This document shows, in pieces, positions 12,383 through 25,385 of a stretch of DNA of 64,000 nt. Under the pieces are notes generated by a model that worked only from the letters and a program-made list of their open reading frames with translations, did no database searches and had not been told where the DNA came from. The stretch is from NCBI RefSeq assembly GCF_009914755.1, contig NC_060932.1; one strand, 5' to 3'. The translations under genes were made by a program, and so were the position numbers. The DNA comes from the human T2T-CHM13v2.0 reference genome, Homo sapiens. The first letter of the stretch is position 1. Every line of letters begins with the position of its first letter.

Positions 12383-12915
12383 TTTATACTTCTCCCTAGT
12401 GCTTTCCCAGCTTTCCTAGACTCTTTAACATTATTGGTGAACATACTATAAATGTTCATACCTTTGCTCATATTTGTTTTTTAACTGAAAATTCTCTTCC
12501 TACCATACCTATGAAATTTAATATCTATGAAAATTAATTCAGCCTTCTAGGCTGATCTGAAATATCATCTTTTCTGTTATCTTTTTCTTATTCTCTCCAG
12601 AGATAATCCTGCAATACTTTGTTGTGATTTTATTTTACTTTATATAAGTACTGAAGAATTTATTTTGTTTTATATGATAGTCATTTGCCTTCTTCTTTCA
12701 CTAGCTTTCTGAGACCAAAGAGGACATATTCTTTATTTCTGTATATATGAAACAGTGGCAGTTGCTCTGAACATAGTAGATAATTAATCAATCTTTGCAG
12801 TGTGAAAAATGAACTAGTTAAGAAATGCTAATATTTTTATTGTGACTTTTTATAAAATGGAGATCATTGGGTAAAAAATGAACATATCAAATGTAAAACA
12901 AGTGGCAGACTTTTT

Positions 12916-13930
12916 TTTAAAAAAGACTTTACTTTTTTTTGAAAAGCAGTTTTAGATTGAGAAGGTGTAGAAATATCCCATACACTACCTGCCCCTCACA
13001 TGTGCATTCCCTACCAGAGTGGTACATTCGTTGCAATTGATGAACCCATATAGACATATCATCATCGCCCAAAGCCCATGGTTTGTATTAGCGTTCACTC
13101 TTGGTGGTGTGCTTTCTATGGGTTTGGATTGCCCTAAAAATCCCCTGTACTCTACTTGTTCATCCCTCCCTTCCCCTCACTCCTGGCAACTACTGATCTT
13201 TTCTCTGTGTTCGTAGTTTTGCCCTTTCCAAGATGTCATATAGTTGGAATCATACAGTATGTAGTCTTTTCAGATTCGCTTCTTTCACTGAGTAATATGC
13301 ATTTACTTCTCCTCCCTGTCTCTTTATGGCTTGATAGCACATTTCTTTTTAGCTCTGAATAATATTCCATTGTCTGGGTGTGCTACAGTTTATTTATCCG
13401 TTCACCTACTGAAGATCATCTTGGTTGCTTCCAAATTTTGGCAATTATGAATAAAGCTGCTCTTTACATCCATGTGCAGGTTTTTGTGTTTACATGTTTT
13501 CAATCCTTTTGGGAAAATATTAAAGAATGCCATTGCTGGATTGTATGTTAAGAGTATGTTTAGTTTTTTAAGAAACTGTCAAACTATTTTCCAAAGTGGG
13601 TGCACCATTTTACATTCTCACCAGCAATGAGTGAGCATTCCTGTTGCTCCACATCCTCACCAGCATTTGGTGTTGTCAGTATTATGGTTTTGGGCCATTC
13701 TGCTAGGTCTGTAGTGGTATCTTGTTTTCTTTTCCATTTCCCTGCTTACATATGATGTGAAGTATCTTTTCACATGTTTATTTTCCACTTTATATCTTCT
13801 TTGGTAAGGTGTCTGTTAAGGTCTTTGGGTCATTTTTTAATTGGGTTGTTTGTTTTCTTGTTGCTGAGTTTTTAAGAGTTCTTTGTATATTTTGGATAAT
13901 AGTCCTTATATTTAATATGTCTTTTGCAAG
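12916..13930 (-). mobile_element. L1MC1-like 3' fragment, 5'-truncated
   Basis: L1MC1-type 3' UTR (accagagtggtacatt...gttcactcttggtg); TSD agtggcagacttttt (12901) / agtggcagaattttt (13931). Confidence 0.85.
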
Positions 13931-14430
13931 AGTGGCAGAATTTTTGTTCATTATTTTTTTCTTGAATTAAATATCCTTAACATTACACATAAACAGTATT
14001 TTTAATGTGTATTTTCAATTTGGAACTTTTAACATTTAAAAATTTCTCTTGATGAAGATATGTGATAATAAAATGGGGGGCAAAGTGAAGACATTGTAAC
14101 AATTTTTGATAATCGCATCTTCTTCTGCATTGCATTTTTCAGGGCAGAGTATTAATGGTCCAGTTCTTAAAGATAAATGGATTCCTCAATGTTTATTTGT
14201 AGTATATCCTTGTTTATTCTCCTAATGAAGAACTGCATCCTTAAAGCTGGCATAATTAGGTAGACTTGTCTATTAGCTGAGCTACTAAGCTTTATTTTCC
14301 TGGGCCAATGAATAACAGAAACAATTCTCAAAATAATTAAATCTGTTAAGACCCAGTTTTGGGGTAAGGAGCTGGGGTCTGGCATTTCCTTTTTGTTGGT
14401 TTTTCAAAAATTATTAAAACTTCAATGCTT

Positions 14431-14723
14431 GGCCAGGTGTGGTGGCTCATGCATACAATCCCAGCACTTTGAGTGGCAGGCAGATCGCTTGAGCCCGGGA
14501 GTTCAACACTAACCTGGGCAACATGGCAAAACCTCAACTGTACAAAAAATATGAGAATTAGTTGGGTGTGGTGTGGCACTCCTGTGGTCCCAGCTACTTG
14601 AGAGGCTGAGGCGGCAGGATTACCTGAGCCCTGTAAGGGTGAGGCTGCAGTGAGCCAAGATCGCACCAGCACTCCAGCCTGAGCTACAGAGCAAAGCCCT
14701 GTCTCAAACAAAACAAAACAAAA
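14431..14723 (+). mobile_element. AluJ-like
   Basis: gatcgcttgagcccgggagttc; (CAAAA)n tail; diverged TSD. Confidence 0.93.
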
Positions 14724-15462
14724 TCTCAACGTTAAACTTTCTAGAGAATGGGTAATCACCTTTCAAGTCATTTTTCCAAACCCATTTCTGAACCAGGACA
14801 GGCAATAACAGAGATTGGCAGGGGAAGGACTGATGTCTCCTCACAAGGGAAAAAGGACTCTGCATTGAAAACACAGATGAGCCTTTGGATGTGGAAATTT
14901 ACAAGGCTCAGAGAGCCCCGAAACATCTTCAGAAGTGGAGCCCAGCAGAATAATGGGAGGCTGTGTGCTGGCTTGGCACTGGAGACTGTCTGGCACAAAC
15001 TACACTGTAAACAACTCCTCAAACATTTTCATCTGCATACATGACATTAGATTCTCCAAATGTCCAATTAAACACTTGTCAATGGAAGAAATGTTTGTTT
15101 CCTCAGCTGACCTGTTGTCAGCCTTGGCCTTCCTGATGGGGAAGCAGTTTCAGCTGATACTGTTGTATGCTCTTCCTTTCTGGGCCTGATCTTGTCCCTG
15201 TTGAGAACTGTGGAGACTGTGCCAAGCTGTGGACCATGGGATTAGGTTAGGTAACTAAAGAAAATATCCAGGCTGTGAGCACTTTTCAAACCTAAGAAAA
15301 TCTTTAGTTTCTTTTGCACAGTTGTAAACCGTTTGTGCTTAAAAAATTATAAAAGTGATTGCAGTTGAGATAGAGAAAAGAGCAGTGCTGATATGTGTTT
15401 ATATACTTCTAAGGGCTGACTTCATTTTTTTCAACATCTTAAACTTCTATTGAACAAATATT

Positions 15463-15496
15463 GTGTGTGTAGGTGTGTGTTTGTGTGTGTGTGTGT
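15463..15496. repeat. Imperfect (TG)n
   Basis: tgtgtgtgtaggtgtgtgtttgtgtgtgtgtgtg. Confidence 0.8.
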
Positions 15497-15671
15497 CATC
15501 ATCTCTGTTGACAGAAATGCTCAATGATAAGTCTCTGTGACTGGAAGAGCAGTGAAGGACTTGGACACATGCTGTAGAAACATAAAGGAAGTGAGGAAGG
15601 CAATATTGGAGAAGAATCAAAGGAGTTTAAATTATTCTTTGGAAAAGTTGGAGTTTATAAATTAAAAAAAA

Positions 15672-15845
15672 ACTGTATGACCTTGAGCAAATTTCTATTT
15701 TTACTAGTGTCAGTTTCCTAATCCATAAAATAGGGAATATAATGTCAAGAACATCGAAGGTTATTATTAAAATTAAATAAAATGATCTATGTAAAATGCA
15801 GCAACACTTGCCACATTGTAAATTCTCAAGAAATGCTAGCTAATA
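15672..15845 (+). mobile_element. MIR SINE core
   Basis: ctgtatgaccttgagcaaattt...cagtttcctaatccataaaataggg. Confidence 0.7.
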
Positions 15846-17289
15846 TTGAAATATGAAATAATACTTCTTTGGTCCAAAGATGTTTAAGCATTCCTATTTG
15901 GTAAAGAGAAGGAGCAAAAGAACAAGAGAAAAATTAGATAATTGGTACAGTATGAACAGAGTATTTGGCTTTGGAAAGGAGGGTGGGCAGTTCTTTCACT
16001 GGGACAGGAGCTCAGAATGACTCTATAGGTAAAGGGATAGAAGAACTTTAAGGTGAGGATGAAGAAAGACAAAGCATGTCATGGTCATTCTATTGTCTCT
16101 TCAGTTACGTAGAAGAGGAGAGCTTTTTCTGAGCATGAGGGGGAATAGGAGTGAAATTTGAGGCTTAAAGAGAATGGAAAAGTTTCATAGCAGCTGCTGT
16201 GGAGAATTTGATACGTGTCAACTGAAGATAAATATAAGGGTTGTGCAGCAATGCAGAGGATATGGCTGAGGTCAGACAGCCTTAGTTTATAGTGGCATGA
16301 TTTTGGGAATGTAGATGATGGCATTATGTACCCTGGAGCAAACACAGAGAAAATTCAAAATTACCTTTGAGGAATAAGAAAGGAGGTGAGGAGTAAGGGT
16401 AAAGGCGTCCTAAGGTGCTAATGAAAATGCTGTTGAAATCATTAACCACCAAGTAAAGTTGTGAGCCAAGATTAATCTGAAATGGTGATTTGTGTGGATA
16501 GAAGTACAAATAGACTGGAGGTGGGGAGGCCCTTCACTGGACAGGCAACATTAATCTAGCTGCCATTGTACCGCACACATGCTGAATGATGATGATACAG
16601 GAATGAAGGAAACATAATTCACTTGGGCAGCTCAAGAGCATTTTTTTAAGCTCTTAGTATATACTGGCTAGATCATCCATATGACAGCAATGCTTCCCTT
16701 GAAAAGCTTTAAGTCTAGTGATATGCTCTGGATAATTTAAACTCAGACTGTGGGGTACTTTGAAGGAGGTAAGCAGAGGGTCCGAGGAAACAATAGAAGA
16801 GGACATTCAACATGACCTGTGAAAAGAAAGGGCAGGTCAGTAAAAGTATCCTGGAAAATATCTTGCTTGAGCTGAATCGATTGTAGAGAGCCAGGGTAAA
16901 GAATGGCAGAAAGGGAGAGGCAAAAGCAAGGGAGAAAAAGCAAGGAAAAAACAGAGCAAGGGAGTGATTTGGCTAGGGCAGACAAAAGATTTCAGAGAAG
17001 GGATAATTAAGATGAGTTACATATGATACTATTACTAAGTGAGAGAAATAAGGAAGACATGAATGAAAGTGATAAACAATGTGTTGGTAGGAACAGAAGA
17101 AAGAATGTCAAGAGAACAGAATGATGAGATTTAATGACTGATTGAATACGTGGGGAATGAATGGGTGATTTTACACTCTTGATCCTGAATTATAGGGACA
17201 ATTATGGTTTCCTTAACAGAAAGAGGGAAATCCCGAGTTAGGGAAGATTTAGGGGAAGGTGATGAGTTTGGAGATGTTGAATCAGAACA

Positions 17290-18350
17290 TATGGTTTCAA
17301 GTGAAAGTAATTCAACCAAGATGGGATTAAACCAAATGAGAGAATTTGTGATGTTCATAATTAGTAAGTTCATAGGTGCTTCTGGATTTAGGCATACCTG
17401 GCTCTCCAGGGTTCAAATATGATATGGGCTTATCTCTATTCCTATGATCTCTGTCTCTTAGATTAGCTTGTCTTGCTTGTTTTCATTCCAAAGACAGGCT
17501 CTCAGTATATGGTAGGCAAATGGGTACCTCCAGGTTCACATTCCAGCGATCCCGGTGGAAATAACTTTTATTTGCAACATCCATATATTTTAAATGTAGG
17601 TTTTATTATTATTCAGATATGGTGAGGCCAGGAGATTAGGAGAAAATTGCCAATGGAAAATATAATTTGTTACTCATATCTCCTATGATATGGGGGCACA
17701 CAATGACATGCAGACCACACAGGGAAGCACCAGGGTCAGTTAGGAAGCAGAAGGAGTGAGGGAAAGAGCCTTTATTGTGGGGTTTGTGGGAAGGAATGGA
17801 TGAGTCAAAGCAAGTAGGCTTAGGTTTGGCTAGTTTGAATGATTTTCGTGGGCTCTGGGTTGTAGAGTTCTTTAGCAAGACGTCTGGTACCTAGCCCTGT
17901 GGTTATAAAGGCAGGAGAATATTGGCTAGGTGTATGAGGATTTGATAAGGGAGGTCATGCTGGTGGGATGGGCTTTGGATTGGCTAGTTTCTGTATGAAA
18001 GGCATGCTTACAGGGGTGTTATTTGCTATCACTAGCAATTAGCTAATGCTGTGAGGGACAGTCCCTCCTGGTCCATTGAGTCCCTGGATGCCAGAACATT
18101 AAGAATACAGAAAATAAGAGAATATAGTTAATACATTGTATACCAACGCCAGGAAAGATTCTGATTTGCCTTACTTGAGTCATTCCAGCTCTGTAGTTTA
18201 GGTGCAGAGTACAGGGTGAGGAATGGTATTGTGATTGACAGTCAACCTAGACCAGAGTGTAGGGATCAGGGAGGACTACCCTAAAGAAAATAAAGCCAGA
18301 ACATGGGAAAGTATGCTGGTAAATCAAAAACTGTATCGACTGGTCTATCA
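17290..18350 (-). mobile_element. Old MLT1 (J/K/L type) LTR split by MER74
   Basis: Degenerate MLT1 motifs on both sides of MER74 (ggatttaggcatacctggctc; gattctgatttgccttacttgagtca). Confidence 0.55.
17586..18135 (-). mobile_element. MER74-family (ERVL) solo LTR
   Basis: Minus strand begins tgtattaac...ttttctgtattctt and ends ctgaataataataaaacctacatttaaaa. Confidence 0.8.
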
Positions 18351-19019
18351 CAAGGTGGCTAGAGCCGTCTTGGTTGAGATGACCAGGTGGCCATTCAAAT
18401 ATGGCTCTTGGCCTCTAGACTTCGAAGAGGCTAAGGATTTTTATTTTTGTTTTAGCAGCTCTCGTACACCATGTATTGCTCCCGGGCTTGATGGCCCTCT
18501 TCTGTCCTGCTTTTCTAAAGCCTATATAGTTCCTGAGCTCAGTGTTAAAAACCAAACTGGAGTTTTAGGCATCATTTAGGTTTTCTGATTCTCTTGGTGA
18601 GGTACCAGTGTTTTCCTCAATGCCTACCTCAGAAACCTTAGCTTTGACTCCCTTCCTTTCCCTTCTATCAAGTCATTTATCTTCTTCTGAAATAGCTCCC
18701 AGATTTACTTCTTCCTTACTCATATTAGCTGTTGCCTTTCTAGTCTCTCTTTTTTAATACGGCTTTCTGAATATTGCCAGAGTTATCTCACTGGGGAAAC
18801 ATCATCCCCACTTCTCCCACAAAAAAATCTACCCCGCCATTTGGACATTACAGAGAGTAAATGGTGTGTACATATTACATGGGTGAGTGTCTGAAGACCT
18901 AGATTCAAGTCACTTCACGTTCCTCCTCTGCATTTTATTAAAGATATTTGGTAGCTTACATAAGAAAATGCATGTTTTAAAACTTTTTATAAATCATAAT
19001 GTAGTTCAGATGATGGTGA

Positions 19020-19367
<348 letters not shown>

Positions 19368-20326
19368 TTATCTCCTTTTCTAAATGAACCTCTCCGTCGC
19401 CACACTTAGGCCAAGTTTGTTTCTATCTTTATATCTTTCTATATTGTTCCCAACCCGAAATCCCCTTCTTTGCTCTACTGTCTGCCAACTAAATATTAGC
19501 TATCCTTCAAAGTGTGTCTGAAGTCCTGTCTCTTATATGAAGTCTTGTCTAATTATCTAGATCACCTGTATTCTCTATTTTTCTTACACTTCAATTTCAC
19601 TACTGATTATTTACCTTTAATTATTATATATCTTTTATTCTCCACAATATGTTTGATGCTTCTGAGGGCAGGGATCCTGACTTTTACTTATTTTGTATCA
19701 TGGACAGTTCTGGGCATAAATTTAAAAAAAAGTTGCTAATGATTAATTATTAATTGGGGAAAAGTACTAATTTGCAATAATCACACTTTGGATATAGTTT
19801 GTGAGCTTCCCTTTTCCTCATGGGGAGAAATAAGTTTGGATTGATTGGACTGACAGATGTTGAAACAATTTGGTTCAGTTAGACAAATTCTTATTGAGTT
19901 CTAGGACATATGGGTAACTGCTGAATAAATATTCATTTGTTCATTTATTCAGTCAACAAATATTTATTGGATATCCATTGTCTGCCCCACACTGTGCAAG
20001 TTACCATAATATATGTCTGCAATCAGACATTTAGATATTGAAAATCTAAACATGAATCTTACATGGTTCTCATCTTCAATTTGCTTTATTACATGACCAA
20101 GGATGAGATCATTGGGTGATTATAAAGCATTGCAGAAAAGTAAATGATATGCTTGTGGACATTTGAAGAAGGGAGTAATTTATTCTGACTCGGGTAGCTC
20201 AGAAGAGGATTCAAAGAGACCATATTCAGGAAAAAATGAAACATGTAGAAAGGAAATATTAACACTCATGTTTGCTTTGTGAAAATTTTGCATTTTACAC
20301 AGTGTGTTGTTAAAAATTAACGTGTT

Positions 20327-22025
20327 GGAGAGTTTCCATTTCCAGGAAGATGGAGTAAATGTAGTTTTTCCTATTTGTCTCCTAAGTGCAACTAAAAACC
20401 CTTGACATTATATATATAAAACAAATATAAGAAGACTCTGAAAGGTGGAGAGAATAAGGCAAACCAGCTGGAGACCTCAGGACCTGAGGAATGACACATT
20501 ACTGAGTTCCCTGGGTTTTTCTTTTTGCCTTGTATATCTCAGACTTAGAGCTGAACAAATGGGTAACTTGGAGATGCCAATGGTGCAGACAAAAAAAAAA
20601 AATCTCCAGCAAAAGCCTGTTTTCTCTAACAAAGGACCCAAAAAGGGATAATCCAGCAAAACAAAACTTTTAAAAAGTAACCACTCTATTGCAAACAAAC
20701 AGAAAAAATTGTGGCCCCACCCTTATGTATTCAGCAAAGACTGAGTGGATATCTTAGATGTCTACTCTAATAAGGCTGTGATGAGGTATCTGAATATCCC
20801 TGCCAGGGTAGGGTCAGAGAAGACCAAGTAGAGGTACTTTCCTTCCCATCAACCAGTAATGAGCCTCCTGCTGCCCCCACCACATCCCCACTTGTGATGT
20901 CAGCGGGGATCTTGGACTTGTGGCCTAATTGACAATAATGCACCTCTCCCTTGCCCTGCTGGCATGATGTCAGAGGAGATCTAGTGGACTTTTACCGTTT
21001 CCCAGAAGTATTGAGGCCATCTTACCACAGTGTCAGTGGATACCACATGGAGGATCTACAACTCTCACTTTCACTCAGAATGTATGAGGAGACCCTGCCC
21101 CTCCTTGAGTGTCAATGGAACCTGGACTTGTACCTCTATCTGGCATTGATGAGGCAGTGACACCTCCCACTCTCCATTGCCCCTGCAGTAGTGTCAGAGA
21201 AATCCAACTAAAATGGATGTGGAGTCTCATAACATAATATAAATATCTGGGTTTCAATTGAAAATTACTTGTCACAGAAAGACAGGAGGAAAAAAAACCT
21301 AGAGAAACAAAAAACAGAGAAGAAAAATAGAAAATAAGAAATAAAATTGTGGACAAGTTCTAATATATCAACAATTACATTAAATGTTAATGGCGTAAAT
21401 GTAACAATTTAAAACAGATTGCCAGAATGGATTGAAAAACATGATCAACTCTATGCTATGTACAAGAAACTTACTTCATATGTAAACATATAGGCAATTT
21501 GGAAAGGAGAGAAAAACATATGTAATTGATTCTTGTTAATCATGGTAGTTATGTTCTGTAAAACTGCTGTGAATGCTGAATTTGTAAATACTAAACTGCT
21601 GTTCCTAGGGGAAATACAGAGCTAGATTCCTGCAAGCCTCTGGTCACATTTTTCTCAACTGGTCAATGAATAATTTTATTTTATGTGTTCTGTTTAAAGA
21701 CACCTTACTGAGTATATATTATCGATTCATTAACTTTGAACTCATTGCCAAGAGCTCTAGAACTCATATCTGAACAAAGCTTATCGCACACACATGTTTT
21801 CTCTGTAAGGTACATCAGAGCTTTCATTTGCTTAGGAACAATAGGGCTTTAGTACTATGCTTGAGGCCATTTTAAACAGTAAAATCACCAACAAAAAGTA
21901 CAAACATATCAAAACCGTGGCACTAAATAAACTGTGAGAACAGTTGTTTACAGCATGAGAGCTAAAACAAGAAGGCAAAGTATTTACTTGTTTGACCTAG
22001 GCTAGGAACATGTGTATGGAGTGAC

Positions 22026-22056
<31 letters not shown>

Positions 22057-22845
22057 GGCTGTACTGCACTTGTGCACAAATGACTGCAAAAGCAATGCAA
22101 GTATGATTTTGGGGTTACAAATAAATTTTAGTGAGTAGGCAAATTAGCAAATATGGAATCCACAAATAATGAGGATAGATGGTGTCATGCAAAGATCAAT
22201 CAAAGGAAAGCAGATATATTAATATCAGATAAAGTAGACTTCAGATGAAAGAAAATTAACAGAGACAGACATTATCTAATGATAAAAGCCTTATGCTAAT
22301 GTTTATAACAGCTTTATTTGTAATAGCCAAAATGGAAAGAATCCAGTTGTCCTTAAATTGATGAATGGTTAAACAAACTGTGATATATCCATACTATGGA
22401 ATACTACTCAGCAATAAAGAGGAAAAGATTATTTATATAGGCAATGACCTGGAAGAATCTTTAGGGAATTCTGCTGAGAAAAAAATCAATCATAAAGGTT
22501 ATATACACGTTTCTATTTATATAACAATCTTTAAATGACAGAATTATAGAAATGAACAACAAATTAGTGGTTGCCAGGATTTAAGGAGTTTGGGTGGGGG
22601 TGGGAGTAGAGGGATGCGTGGGTGTAGCTGTAAAAGAGCAACAGGACGGACGGATCCTTGTGGTGATAGACATGCTCTATGTCTGGACTGTCTCAATGGC
22701 AGTATCCTGCTTCTGATAAAGTACTGTAGTTTTGTAGGATGCTGCACTGGGGAAACTGGGGAAAGTTTACATAGGATCTCTCTGTATTCTTTCTTATAAC
22801 TCAATGTGAATCTACAGTGATCCCAACATAAAAACTGTAATTTAA
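20327..22845 (+). mobile_element. L1MD2-like LINE with both ends but most of ORF1 and ORF2 deleted
   Basis: 5' UTR (ttccaggaagatggagta...) at 20335; ORF2 start at ~21350-22290 jumps to the 3' end; L1MD-type 3' UTR (gatccttgtggtgat...ggatctctctgtatt). Confidence 0.75.
21523..22183 (+). mobile_element. MER82 (TcMar-Tigger) non-autonomous transposon
   Basis: ggtagttatgttctgtaaa...cctaggggaaatacag...gcctctggtcaca; right end aataatgaggatagatgg; contains a T27 run at 22030-22056. Confidence 0.8.
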
Positions 22846-24272
22846 AAAACTTAGCGTACTTTACTGTATGTAGCTCCTTTCCTTGTACTTGATAACCTTA
22901 AGTCTTTTTGTCAACCAGTGATACACTGGTCTACAAATATTTATTTTGAATTCCTGCTTCGTTCTCAGCATTATGGTGGCTGGAACTATTAGGAATACAA
23001 TTACAGAAGCATAAGATTTAGAGTACATATAAAAAAGCGTGTGTGTGTGTAAAGCATATGCAAGTATGTCTGAGAGAGTAAACATAATTCTCATCTTTCA
23101 AAATTTTAGTGTTCCACTGTAAATTGTAAAAGCTATAGTGTAAAGTAGCATTTGTAATCCTATTCAGCTCTTAACTTGCCAAGAATATCCTCTCAGGATG
23201 TGTTGCTTCACTACAGTACCAACCATTGTGTTGTCAAATCCATGTGAATTATGCAAAACAAAAGAAAAACAAATGGCCTACCTAAGGTTTGGCAGCTGCA
23301 ACAAGGAAACTATCAATTTGAGGTTTATTGTAATACATTAAATTTGAAAGAATATTCTTCCAAGTAATTCTAGGGCTTGGAATGAATGAAGGATCATTTG
23401 AAAAATCTGCAACTCATTTCTAAAAGATTAGGAAAAAAGAGAAAAGAACATAGTTGCCAACTTCTCCTTGGTTTGTATTTATGGAATATATGAAGGTTTA
23501 GCATTTTAGATTCTTTCCTAATTCTCAGTTAATTTACCTGTAGAATCTCTTTGAAGAACTACTTTTACATTTCTTTCATTTTGATGAGAAAATTGAAAAC
23601 TTGGGGCAACTAAAAAGAAGTGTTTAGCTTGAGTGATAGTTCATTAATATGATTTTTAGGGGCCTGGCAGAAACAAATAGATCCTAGCAGGTCTTGTGAT
23701 TTAGAGGATTATTAGAGATTTGGGTGAAATAGATAAGTATTTCTCCTTTGATAGAATCAGATAATTGTCTCTCTGTGCAATGTCCAACACCAGCTTTCTA
23801 TGTAATAAAAATAAACTATGAAAACAAACAGGAGGCAAAAATAAAGCTTCATGGGCTTCTTAAACTGTTTGTGAAAGTTGTTGTTCTAGAGATCATAAGG
23901 TAGGGAGTTAATAAATACTTTGTTCCTTGACAGGGCTACCCCATTGTACCACTCCAAAACCATGGGAATGGTGTCCTGTGAGGTTGTATAGTACACAGTC
24001 AGCCTTGTTCTGTGCAGCATCCCTGGGACCTGCCATGTACTAGACACTGTTCTAGGTACTGGGGATATAGCAGTGAACAAAACAGATGAGAAATATCCCT
24101 GCCTTGATGGAATTTCCATTCTAGACTGGAAATTGAGACAATGAGCCAAATGGATAAATTAATTTTATAGCATGCTTGGAGGTGGCATATTCTATGCCAA
24201 AAAATAAAGCAAAGGAGTTGGAAAACAATTGCTAGGATTGGGGAGTTGTTTCAGTTTTAAATAGGGTGGTCA

Positions 24273-24506
24273 GATCACTTGAGTGCAGGAGTTCGAGACC
24301 AGCCTGGCCAAGATGGCGAAACCCCATCTCTACTAAAAATACAAAAATTAGCTGGGCTTGGTGGTGCGTGCCTGTAATCCTAGATACTCTGGAGGCTGAG
24401 GCATGAAAATTCCTTTAACTTGGGAGGCAGAGGCTGCAGTGAGCTGAGCTTGCATCACTTTACTCCAGCCTGGGAGACAGAGCAAGACTCTGTCTCAATT
24501 TAAAAA
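24273..24506 (+). mobile_element. 5'-truncated Alu
   Basis: Begins at gatcacttgag; TSD aaatagggtggtca (24259) / aaatggggtggtca (24507). Confidence 0.93.
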
Positions 24507-24559
24507 AAATGGGGTGGTCAAGGAGTGCTTCTTTGAGAAGTGAATGTTGTTTCTTTAAA

Positions 24560-24682
24560 ATTTTTTTTTAAAATGTTAGATTCAGGGGGTACATGTGTGG
24601 GTTTGTTACATGCATATAGTGTTTAATGGTGAGGTTTGGGCTTCAAGCATAGCCATCACCCAAATAGCAAACATTTTCAACC
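24560..24682 (-). mobile_element. Short L1P (PA13-17/PB4 type) 3' end
   Basis: ttagattcagggggtacatgtgtgggtttgttacatg...catcacccaaatag. Confidence 0.75.
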
Positions 24683-24819
24683 AAGATGAAGGTGTACTGT
24701 TCACTCTGGGTAAGAGTGTGCCAGGCAGAAGGAACAGTTACTACCAAGGTACTGAGGTGGGAATATTGCCCTTCAGCAAAGAGGCTAGAGTGACTGGAGC
24801 AGAGAAGGGGAATGGTAGA

Positions 24820-25385
24820 TGTTACCAGTGGAGTCTTGACTAGGAGTCATCCAGGTTCTTGGCAGTTTGAACAAAGAATTGGACAAAACACACACAAAGC
24901 AATGAAAGAATGCAGCAACGGAAGTACAGATTTATTGACGTGAAAGTACACTCCACAGAATGAGAGTGGACTTGGGCAAGCAGCTCAGGAGCAGTGGTTA
25001 CAGAATTTTCTGGGGTTTAAATACCATCTAGAGGTTTCCCATTGGTTACTTGGTTACATCCTACATAAATGAGGTAGTGGGCCATGACCAGTCTGATTAG
25101 TCGCCTTTCATGATCAGTCAGAGACTGAAGTGGTTACAAAGTTACACCCCTATGCAAATGAAGACTAGGCCTGTGACCAGCCTGATTGGTGGTGGGAGGG
25201 GACAAATCAGAGGTACTTTCCATTTTTCATCTGATACCGGAAGGGGTGTGTTGTAAAGGGAGTAGCCTCTGATACTTTTGTTACATGGGCTTGGAAAGTT
25301 GGGGTTTTCCTTATGATTTAGTTCTAGGAAGTCAGTGTGAATTGGCCTTAGGGTCCCTGCCTCCTGGCGCTATTCTCCTGCCTCA
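24820..25385 (-). mobile_element. MER51 (ERV1) solo LTR
   Basis: Minus strand begins tgaggcaggagaatag...ggcagggaccctaaggcc; TG...CA ends; direct repeat gtaga at 24815-24819 and 25386-25390. Confidence 0.88.

Noticed and set aside
14143-14259. Acceptor ttgcatttttcAG with a possible 117-nt exon
   Set aside because: Weak donor (AG|GTAGAC) and stops in all three frames
16580-16680. ATGATGA box C-like motif (snoRNA?)
   Set aside because: No suitably placed CTGA box D or terminal stem
18385-18400. CTCF-like ACCAGGTGGC
   Set aside because: Lacks the 5' CC and 3' bases of the core motif; weak match
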